Of a DNA stretch of 64,000 nucleotides, positions 53,521-64,000 are shown piece by piece. Below the pieces are notes generated by a model. It searched no databases, had not been told where the DNA came from, and was given only the letters and a program-made list of their open reading frames with translations. This stretch comes from Octopus vulgaris (Eukaryota), in NCBI GenBank assembly GCA_951406725.2, contig OX597818.1:18476001-18540000 (forward strand), given 5' to 3'. The translations under genes were made by a program, and so were the position numbers. Position 1 is the stretch's first letter. Every line of letters begins with the position of its first letter.

Positions 53521-54751
53521 GTCATCCCATAAGTAGTGACCGGACTTCTATATTTTCAATTTGTAAATGCATTAACAGTATTTTAGAAAGTTTAATGGGG
53601 CAAGTAATATTTATATGTATTTGGACATATTTAAACTATTTAAATTTCATTTTGCCGGATAATCTCATTGAAATTTCACTAATTATGGCTCTTCAAACAT
53701 GGAAGTGCCTAAGAAGATTTGAGGTACATGATAATTTATGAGTTTAAAACAGGGAACTCTGCAGCTGAAGCGACCCGAAATATTCACTCAGCTTACAGAG
53801 AAGAGTGCCTGTATGAAAACAACTTCTAGAAGATGTGGAGATTTCAGCCTCGAATATGAGGCCCGAACAGGACGTCCAACTGAGTTTCATGACAAGCTCC
53901 TTGTGGCAAACTTGAAAAAGATCATGCAGTTTCAGTTGAAGAATTGGCAAGTAAGCTTTGTTCAAGCCATACAACTGTTCACCGTCATCGATCTTCAACG
54001 GCTTGGAAAGGTCCCAACACTCGGATAATGGGTACCTCATGATTTGTCTGAAGGCAACCGCAAATCTGGAGTGGGTATCTGGTCTTATCTTCGTCCTCGT
54101 GAACTCAACTCACCCTTTTTGGACAGATTGGTGATCGGTGATGGCAAATGAGTCTTTTTTCAAAATGTCGTAGACATTAGCCCGGTGAAGGAGAAAAGGT
54201 CCAACCACAACCGAAAAGAGTACTCCATGCGAAGAAGGTTCTTGTCTCTGTTTGGTGGGATTGCAAATGAGTCATCCACTTTGAGTTGCTACCAACTAAT
54301 GCAACAATCAATGCTCAAATCTACTGTCAGCAATTAGGGAAAAGGGCCTGCCTTAGTGAATCGAAAGAGAGTGGTGTTTCATCAGAACAATGCAAGATCC
54401 CACACTCTAAAGGATCACGTTACAGAAAATCGAGGAACTTGGTTGGGAGAAAATAACTCATCCGCCTCATTCCACAGAATTTGCTCCTTCAGGTTACCAT
54501 TTGTTCCGTAGCTTACAGAATCTTTGAATGAATTAACTCTCGAAACAACTGAGGAAGTCGAAACTGACCTTTCGGAGTTCTTCTCTTCGAAACCGAAAGA
54601 GCTTTTCACTTATGGGATTAAAAACCTTACAAGAAGATGGAAAAGATGTCATAGATAATCATGGAAACTATATTGACAATTAAGTTTCATTAACATGTAA
54701 GTAACATTTGATCACTTGTTTCTTTATTTAAAATTCAGACATTACTCGTGG
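53517..54751 (+). mobile_element. Inactivated mariner transposon with truncated right TIR
   Basis: Left TIR TCAGGTCATCCCATAAGTAGTGACC; RTGRPTEF, LQRLGKV..WVPHDL, SVWWD, VVFHQNNARSH and LAPSGYHLF remnants. Confidence 0.9.
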
Positions 54752-54787
54752 GCTCAGTAATGTCTGAATATAGTTTCTAATACAAGC

Positions 54788-55530
54788 ACCATGGAGACAC
54801 GACTACATGAACTAAAGGATACACTCATTACCAGGAACTACCCACCATCCCTAATTGATACAGGCTTTCAACGTGCTCTACAACTCAATATCCACAAACA
54901 CAGACATCCCAGATTAAGGAAGGATTTACAACCAAAAGCCCTACCATACATCTCCACACACAACCCTCTTAACAATGAAGCCTTCGACACCATCCTCCAG
55001 AACATCCCCCTACTAAAAAGTACCACAGAATGAATTTAATTCTCCAAACGCACACCATCATAAAGAGCAAAAGACAATTAAATCTATGAAAAGTCTCCTA
55101 ATACAAGCCCAAATATGCTCGACAACAACCCTGAAGCAGTCAGTAAAAAAATGCGGAAGACCAAACTGTGGCCAACCTAATTGAGGGATCAGAGTTCTCC
55201 TTCAAGCAGGGTGAACATTTTACAATGACACACAACTTCACATGTGTTTCGCAGAACCTAATATACGTATTAGCTTGCTCTGGGTGTCAAGAGCAATACA
55301 TAGGCCAAATCAAAATCAGTCTACGTCAAAGGATAGCTCTACATAGATCCCAGATCAAAATTCAGAAATAGAGAAAAATAGCATTCAACGAATAAGTCGA
55401 CATTTGCGCCATTAGTGGCTCCAGAATTTTTCCTCTCTATAAATTCGGGGACCATGCAACCTGTAATCAGCGCATTAGTAAAGAGTCATATTTTATCACA
55501 ATATATAAACCTCTTTTGAATGCGTCCACC
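54788..55530 (+). mobile_element. Penelope-like fragment (RT C-terminus + GIY-YIG)
   Basis: RLHELKDTLITRNYPPSLI..LPYISTHNP; FTCVSQNLIYVLACSGCQEQYIGQ..LRQRIALHRSQI. Confidence 0.88.
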
Positions 55531-55729
55531 ACTACTGACACTATTACAAGGGCCTTAGAACAATACCCACGCAAATATTAAAAACGATATATTCAGAACA
55601 GTCACTAACCATTAATTTATTCAGGACAATTCTAAACACTACTATTACAACCATAACAGGTCACTTTTAGGTCAGTTGATCATTTAAGACAATTCCACCA
55701 ACATTCTACTACTGTCATGCCACTCCCGC

Positions 55730-55825
55730 ATTCTTCTTCTTCTTCTTCTTCTTCTTCTTCTTCTTCTTCTTCTTCTTCTTCTCCTTCTTCTTCTTCTTCT
55801 TCTCCTCCTCCTCCTTCTCCTCTCC
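55730..55825. repeat. (TTC)n/(TCC)n microsatellite
   Basis: Direct reading; source of poly-S and poly-E pseudo-ORFs. Confidence 0.95.
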
Positions 55826-56165
55826 CTTTCTCAGCTACTACTGCTGCTTTAACCGTCAAAACCAAGAACTCCTATCAAATATTAAGACTACTACTACCTG
55901 CTACCTGCTACCTGCTACCAAGCCCTAACAAGAGTAAAAAAGAGAGACAGAGACAGACAGAAAAAAGGAAAATGTCCTTTGCATTTGAAAACTGGAAATA
56001 TTTTTAAAAAACGTTGCATTTCATTTTTCCACAATTTAATTGTATTTCATGCTGTCGCAAAGACTGCAACCGGTACTAAAATGTTCTTCAAAATAAAATT
56101 ATTTTAGCATTTTCTACTTTGTCTTATTTTCCTTATATATATATATATATATATATATAGCAGTA

Positions 56166-56196
<31 letters not shown>

Positions 56197-56698
56197 TGGA
56201 AGTGTTATCATGTACATTGTTTTGTCTTGGTATAAAAGATGGGCTACAGCAAATATTCTGCTCAATACCACAGATTTGCTTGTCAGTTGTTTGACCTTAA
56301 CCAGTTGAGCATGTCCCTTAGTGGCTGACAATATGTGCATCTCTGATCACGAGCAGAAGTAGTGGGGGAGCATCATAGCCATGTGTTGAGAGGGATTCTT
56401 TGGGGTTTGAATAATTCACCTCTGGAAACATGGGTGGTTCTTTCAACATCCTTAAACAACCCTTATTCAGGGACCGTTTGAGCGGGATGGGTTACTCAAC
56501 CTGAAGAAAATTCTAACTGGGCCCCACCTGCAAGGTCATGTGCTGTTTATCTTGATATGAGATCACCATGTCGCGCACATATGGTTGTGATGCATGTGCC
56601 TGGTGTACCTTTATCAGACGGGTAGTCATGATGGGTATATTGGGCTTCGTATATTTTACCCTAGTGTCACTTTGATGGCATGAACTGCTCTCTCACTC

Positions 56699-56757
<59 letters not shown>

Positions 56758-57280
56758 TAATAATAATAATAATGATAATAATAATAATAAATGCCCTGAT
56801 GCAGTACCAAGCAATGGCTCTCGTGGCTTCTGATCTTAACTGATTGGAAGTGTTATCATGTACATTCTTTTGTCTTGGTATAAAAGATGGGATACAGCAA
56901 ATAATCTGCTTTATACCGCAGATTTGCTTGTCAGTTGTTTGACCATAACCAGTTGACCATATCCCTTAGTGGCTGACGATATGTGCATCTCTGATCACAA
57001 GCAGAAGTAGTGGGGGAGCATCATAGCCATGTGTTGAGAGGGATTCTTTGGGGTTTCAATAACTCACCTCTGGAAATATGGGTGTTTCGTTCAACATCCT
57101 TAAACAACCCTTATTCAGGGACCCTTTGAGCGGGATGGGTTACTCGACCAGATGGAAATTCTAACTGGACCCCACCTGCAAGTTCATGCGCTGTTAATCT
57201 TGATATGAGATCACTATGTCGCGCACAGATGTTTGTGATGCATGTCCCTGGTACACCCTTATCAGACGGGTAGTTATGAG
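56197..57280 (+). mobile_element. Two head-to-tail copies of a ~550-bp non-coding element embedded in (TAA)n
   Basis: Copy 1 56197-56700, copy 2 ~56791-57280, offset 648 at TGGAAGTGTTATCATGTAC; (TAA)n at 56164-56196 and 56699-56789. Confidence 0.85.
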
Positions 57281-57442
57281 TTTCTACAAATCACATGTTT
57301 CTTAAAATAATTATAAATTCCATTCATGGAAGACCCACCTAAAATTTTCATTGCAATTTGGTAGCATTAGGTTGTAGGTGACATAATAAAATGGGAGCTT
57401 TTATAGACATACTCAAAAACGTTTATCGTAAGCGAACTTAAA

Positions 57443-57495
<53 letters not shown>

Positions 57496-58654
57496 AATAT
57501 ATATATATATACATATGTACATATGTATGTATTTATGTGTATGTGTATGTATATATGTATGTATGTATGTATATATATGCATTTGTGTGCGTATAAATTT
57601 AAGTTATAGTATATGCATTCAAGTAACCAGATAGTACTTCTTCATGTATCATTCTACAAAGCCTATAGAATATATCGAACGATACAAGAGAAACCGCTGA
57701 GAAGAGTAAAGAGTCACAAATGACAGAGAAATATTTAGATGAAAACGGATGAAATCATTTAACATTACATCGTCAATCTGAATTTCATTTAACAGTAGGA
57801 AAGCAGCGGTTTGACCTTCGCTGGGAAATCTTCAAGCAAGCAGATCCTTGGAAAATGGATGTTGTATTTGTAGGTGGTAGGCTTGTCTGGAAGTGTTTGC
57901 ATTGTGCATGGCATGGAGTGGATGTGTTTTTTCTTGGTGAGTTTGCTTCTCTTTGTAGTTTAGCTGCTTTCATCCGTCAATGAAGGTTTTCGTGGTGTAG
58001 GCGTTTGTGCATGTGCTTTTGTGTGTGCCTCTACATATGTGTATGTATGTGTGTCTTCGTGTACGTGTGTGTATGTAAATGTGTGGGTTCATGTATGTAT
58101 GTGTGTGTGAGTGTGTGTATGAGTGTATGTGTGTATGTGTGTGCGTGCGTGTATGTGTATTCTCGTTTAGGCAACAAGATATTTTTGTCAAAATGAATGT
58201 TTGCTTTTTCTTGAATGGTGACATTGCTATTAATAGGGTTGAGAGAAACATAAAAAAAAATCATAGTCGGTGAATTAACGCTTTTGTTAAAGTATTTTCC
58301 GTTTAAATGTCATTAGTATCATTAATGTTGAGTAGTTTTATTGTAACTGAATGTGAGTGTAGGTGGATATTGTGTTGCTCTCTTTGATTGAATATCAATG
58401 TTTTCAAACCATAAACACTTATACAATAAAATCTACTCCACTCACTCGTCAATGGCCCCACCAGACCTTCAAGTGAACAACAATTCAAACAGGGTTTTAA
58501 TTTAATTCCAGCATTTTTAATGAGCTGTTCAAATCAAAATTCATATACGTTATACGACTATTAACATTGTCATACGTATCATATGCATATTAACCAAAAA
58601 TTCTTTGTCGGCCTAACTGAAACACATCAGGTGTGTATACGTATGCGGGAGTGT

Positions 58655-58727
<73 letters not shown>

Positions 58728-60212
58728 CAACACAAGAAGATGCTAAAAACATATGTTAATATATTAAGATATGTTAAATGCATTATAGTATTAGTGGCTC
58801 GCTAGCAATTAAAAACCAAAGAGGAATTAATAAATAAAGGGTGCGAAATAGCACCAGCGATTGCTAAAAATAGGAGTCAAAAATTAACTATGAAAGCCAC
58901 AAAAACACTAGCCTCATTACCTTTACAGGAAGCGGGCACAGCAAACTAAAACTAGACTCACAAAAAGAGAAAGAAAAAATACACACACACACACATACAT
59001 ACTTACATACATACTTACATACATACATACATACATATATACATACATACATACATATATACAGACATCCATATATTCATACATACATACATATATTACA
59101 TATATATATAAAATACAAAATGGAACAAGAACGCAAAACATCCATACAGCTATGTGATACAAAAAGGGACAACAAAACTTCCAGATAGATGATACAAGGA
59201 AAACAAGGACGGGTCATTCGAAGCCCTCTATCCTCAGTCAAGCACCAGATTATCCTCGCAATTTCGGCTGATTATTCTTGAGATGCTCCAATCTGGCCAG
59301 CTCCAAGGAAAAACTAAGCTAAGAGCATTAGATTCCTTGGAAGACAGCAACGAATGTATACAAAAACAAGGTCAGAAAAAACGGACAAAGTTACACAAAT
59401 ACAAATACAATAATAAATACAATAAAATAATAACAGGACATAACAACAGGTGTCTTTCGACTAAGGACGGATTGAATTAAGCTGGCGCGTGTGGAAATAA
59501 AGCCTTACGGCAGAGATCATGCGTACATACGTACATATATACATACATACACACACATATACATTGATACATACATACATACATACATACATACATACAT
59601 GCATACATACATACATAAATGCATACATACATATATACATACATACATACACACATATTTACATACATACTAACAAACGCACACACAGATACACATACAC
59701 ACACACACATAGGTTTATAAAATAATTATTTGTCAGTCTTCAGACTAACATAAATGATATAAATATATCTCTGACAGATTCTGTCTTCGCTACTTTTCCA
59801 TAAGTTATCTATCAATTATCTTAAGATATATTATGTTATACAAAATACACAATGAAGATTAAAACATAAGAATGCAGACATGGTAGACCTCACAAATGCA
59901 GATAATCAGTGATGGAGTTTTAAAGAACATTTAAAAACTGCAAAAATGTACAATACTACAATTGAAACAAATAATCTATCTTTCTGTATAAAATTTGCCC
60001 TGTTTATAACTATACCATATGTTACACATATATTATATCATACCTTGATACTGTGTAGACCAAGATCCCCGTTGACAGGCTGTTGGTATTTGTAAAGTGT
60101 TAAACACTTTCGGTATGCAAATTAGGAATTCCTTCATAGAGTAACTGCTGTATTTGTTGAGTTTATAAACAGTTTAGCTGCTCGTTTCTCTGGAGAGTGT
60201 CAGAATGATGTA

Positions 60213-60262
60213 GACGCCTCTGATGAGAACCCAATAAGGTTCGAAAATCGATTAAAGTTGTT
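60213..60262 (+). ncRNA. Type-I hammerhead ribozyme motif (stem I imperfect)
   Basis: CUGAUGA-GAACC-CAAUAA-GGUUC-GAAA-AUCGAU-UA: perfect 5-bp stem II and palindromic AAUCGAUU stem III. Confidence 0.75.
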
Positions 60263-60333
60263 CATCATTTTTTTCAGTCTGCCGAGAAATGGCTAAAATT
60301 TGCCCTTTTTATAATTATACCATATATTAAACA

Positions 60334-60401
<68 letters not shown>

Positions 60402-60403
60402 AC

Positions 60404-61296
60404 TACGAAGGGGTATCCAAAAGAAAACGGAATTTTGTAATATTTTATTCACATAGGTTGCATGTTTACAATTTTTATTGATTTCAAAGCATTCTTCATT
60501 TCAAGCAGCGTATCGATCCAGATGCCTTTCCCACTATTCGAAGTAATGCTGGAGCTCTTGCGAAACGATGCTTTTCTAACGCCTCCGTCGTTTTTTTTTC
60601 TTCACGTCTTCAACATCCACAAATTCCGTAGCATCAACTTTTGTCACCTGTGATGACCTTCGAAAAAAGGTCCGGATCAACTTCCAACTGTTCTTTCAGT
60701 TCACGACACGCATTCAGTCGTGATTGCGTTTGATCTTTCGTGAATAAACTGCAACTCTTTTCATTCGCAATTCCTAGCTCAAAATTCGTTGGCAGGATCT
60801 CCAGGACACACCAGTCATCATATCAAGTTCGTGAATTGTTCGGTGACTGTCCTCCAAGATCAGTTCATAAATTTTCCTGATGTTTTCATTCGTTTGGGTG
60901 GTCAACGGTCGTCCTTAACGAGGTTGGTCTTCAAGCGGCAAGTGATCATTCTTAAAGCGTGGAAACCATTCCTAAACTTGTGCTTTGCTCATGGTGGCGC
61001 CCTTGTAAGCTGTTTGAAGCATGACAACTATTTCGGCCACCATTTTCCCCAGCAGAAAACAGAATTTCACGGCAGCATGCTTTTCCTTTGATTCAGATAT
61101 CACAAAAATCGACGAACAAGGGAGGAACACAGCAAAGCATAGACGCATCACATGCCAGGACTGCATCACTGAACGACGCCGGTCGGCAGACTGATGCCTC
61201 AGTACCGCATCAAGTGTCTTCTAGCAGCGGAAGCCTGAACTACAACGGTCTTGTCCCACGGGGAACGTTTCTGGTTACTTTTAGGTAACCCTTGTA
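60404..61296 (-). mobile_element. Internally deleted mariner transposon
   Basis: KEKHAAVKFCFLLGK..MLQTAY..MSKAQV*EWF..GRP; imperfect TIRs TACGAAGGGGTATCCAAAAG / CTTTTAGGTAACCCTTGTA. Confidence 0.85.
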
Positions 61297-61364
61297 TGTG
61301 TATATGCATTGATACATACATAGGTACATACATAAATAATACATACACACACATACATTTATGC

Positions 61365-61401
<37 letters not shown>

Positions 61402-62699
61402 AATGTAGTTGAGGTATTCTAGTATATATTTAATAATTTAAATAAACAAGTCTTATCTAGCGAAAACCCAATGTATTGTTATATAAGTTTTAATAAGGCT
61501 TCTGATAAGATTATTCTATGGATCCGCCTTCAGCTACGATGACTACTTCAATATCCGCGCAGAATTGTTCATATTCCTGCTCTAAATGGTCCTTATTTAT
61601 TTCAGGCATCACCTTGAAAATAGCAACCTTCTGTGAAATCATGGTATTATAAAAATGTCGATTGGTTTCCGTTTAAGCAACACGACACAGGATTTAAGTC
61701 TGACGAATTTGGAGGACACAAGTCGAATGTTCTATGATGGTAAACATTGTCTGACGTCCATTCTTGGATTACGTGGGATTTCTGCTATAATCCCGAGTGT
61801 TGCTGACACACGTATGGCCTTCTATTGTCTACTTCAAACATTCGGGTTTTAACAACAGTCTCCAGAACCCCAACGTATCCAATAGGCATTAATTTAAAAT
61901 CCTGTGGAAAGATGTGAGGTAGCATGATATGACTCGTTACTAACCACCCTTAAAACAATAGTGCTCACTGAAATTTAGTTTTTATCACTCTGGAGACTTC
62001 CGAAATCTCAGCATATAACCATCTTCCACTTCTCCTGTTACACTTTTGGTGTTGATTGAAGTTATTCTCATCAAAGAAGTAAAGCATGCGATGTCCGTGA
62101 TTTAACCGTGTTAAGTAACCGCTTGGTACGGATCACAGAGTTTTTGTATATTTGCTGACATGAATTGGCCTCGCCTCAGTATATAGGACTTGTATCAAAT
62201 GTCCTGGTGTACCTCAGGACTGTGGTGCTAAGAAAATAATACTATGCAGCAGACTGACATGTTAGATTCTAAGATCACTGGGAACACACACAAAAATGGA
62301 ATCATGTTGTTCTTATGACGAACATTTCTGCTTAGTCACCAAGATTACTGTTCCCAATTATGGTCGCCACAAAGTGTCAAATTATAGACAGAACCCGAGT
62401 GGACGTCACTGCATTGTATTAAAATCGCATCATGTCGACCAGGGTGAGAACCTAATATTGTTACAGGACCACCAACTTTTCAATATATTGTCAAAAGTCC
62501 TCTGAGAACAACTGTTTTATTCGCTTCCTCATCAGGAGCGATTCCAGAGTCACGGCCGTAAAGTGAGTTTAATGGCGGTGGCCTGGCATGTCCAAAACCT
62601 CTGGCTGAAACGGATAATAAAGTAATAATAGAATATGCATATCAATGATCCCATATGTCCTTCCAGGTTTGCTTTTCTCCCACAGTCTTCATTGCGCGG

Positions 62700-62878
62700 G
62701 TCATATATTGGTTTCAAGCTTTGGCACTAGGCAAGCAATTTCTAAAAAGTGGAAAATTCGATTACATGGACCTCAGTATTCAACTGGTACTTATTTTATC
62801 GACCCACAAAGGTTGACAGGCAAAGGTGACCTCGGTGGAATTTGAACTCAGAACGTGAAGACAGCCGAAATACCACTA
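62700..62878 (-). mobile_element. Degenerate 18938-type SINE
   Basis: CTGGTACTTATTTTATCGACCC..GGCAAAGGTGACCTCGGTGGAATTTGAACTCAGAACG. Confidence 0.85.
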
Positions 62879-63312
62879 TATAATTAAATTACCTTCTTAG
62901 TATCCGTGTGCATGTAGAGTTATATATTTTGGGGTGTGTGTGGATGACTCGTGAATGACCATATATGTGTACGTGAGATTATGTGCATGTATGTCATTGT
63001 TCAATTTTATTTCAAGATTTCTTGCCAATAGAGAAAGTGTCGGTTTCTAACTTAGATCTAAGGCTCCTTGTTTGAAATTTCAACATCAACAGGGAATATT
63101 TGTATATATGTATGCATGTATGTATGTATGTATGCATGTATGCATGTATGTATGTATGTATGTATGCATGCATGTATATATGTATGCATGCATGTATGTA
63201 TGTATGTATGTATGTGTTGTATGTATATTACTCTCATGCATATAGCTGCATATCTAGACATACTCAGATACACTTAAATGATAAACATCTGGAAAGATGT
63301 ACAGATATAGTG

Positions 63313-63344
<32 letters not shown>

Positions 63345-63816
63345 TGTATGTATGTATGTATGTTTGTATGTAAGTATGTATGTATGTATGTATGTATGCA
63401 TGTATGTATGTATATTTGTTTTTTGTGCATATGTCTGTACGTATTCGTGTACTCCCTCATCACAACCACCTGTTTTGTGTCTTTCTACCGCCGTCCATTT
63501 CTTTTTCTATTCCAATCCGTATTTCTTTGTCACTCCCTACATACGTCATGCATTGTCACGTCTTTTACCTTACGAGAGCATTTTTCTCTACGGTAACTGC
63601 AGTGAATTTGGTTTTTTTTTAGGAGTTGAAATATGTCTCAAACATATTTTAACTGAACTAAACTTTGCTTATGCCTAAACACAGCTTGATGTTGATATTA
63701 TGGCAATTTCCACAAACTTGGCTGTCTACTTGCCCGAATCAGTTAATGTCGTTGACTGTATTTTATTAAAAGCTATGCTTTGATAAATTCTATCCCGAGT
63801 GGCTTCTCTTAGGTAT

Positions 63817-63862
63817 TTCCCATTGATACGGGTAAAGAGCTAGAAACATCGATGTCTGGGAA
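63817..63862 (+). ncRNA. Degenerate hammerhead ribozyme (core mutated)
   Basis: TTCCCA-TTGATAC-GGGTAAAGAGCTA-GAAAC-ATCGAT-GTC-TGGGAA: perfect 6-bp stem I, palindromic ACATCGATGT stem III, GUC site; CUGANGA and stem II decayed. Confidence 0.6.
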
Positions 63863-64000
63863 CCCTGATTGATGACAACACTGGACAGATATGGGGTTTT
63901 TACACTTTTTTTACCATAAGAGAGAATTTTTCTCCACGGTAACTGCAGTGAAATTGACTTTTAGTAGCTGAATCTATGTCACAAACATATTTTAACTAAC

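Noticed and set aside
59200-59345. Structured repeat with CCAAGGAA/TTCCTTGG hairpin and CTGAGGA on the minus strand
   Set aside because: The motifs could not be assembled into hammerhead topology; probably a dispersed repeat of unknown class.
61695-61735. CTGACGA..GAAT motif
   Set aside because: GAAA box and stem III are missing.
62505-62546. CTGATGA..AAAAC-AGTT-GTT on the minus strand
   Set aside because: GAAA is mutated, stem II is unpaired and stem I is absent; indistinguishable from chance.

Overview
Eukaryotic, AT-rich, repeat-saturated DNA with no confidently identifiable host gene. The SINE families, microsatellite load and transposon set look like an Octopus (cephalopod) genome; this is inference from recalled repeat families, not a database result. 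Almost all ORFs in the supplied track are microsatellite read-throughs. Real content: tRNA-derived SINEs of at least three families; seven Tc1/mariner copies or deletion derivatives plus two transposase remnants; a young, nearly complete CR1-type LINE ORF2; fragments of Tx1/L1, RTE and R4/Dong LINEs; two non-autonomous Helitrons; a long-TIR foldback element; several Penelope-like (GIY-YIG) remnants; and a ~5.9-kb 46-bp satellite with higher-order structure. The most interesting signal is non-coding. There are several type-I hammerhead ribozyme motifs (CUGANGA - stem II - GAAA - palindromic stem III - NUH). One sits just downstream of a tRNA-like Pol III promoter in a Penelope 3' end, and two lie inside ~305-346-bp direct-repeat-bounded units resembling animal retrozymes or pLTR tandems. 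Coordinates were counted by eye and may be off by a few bases.
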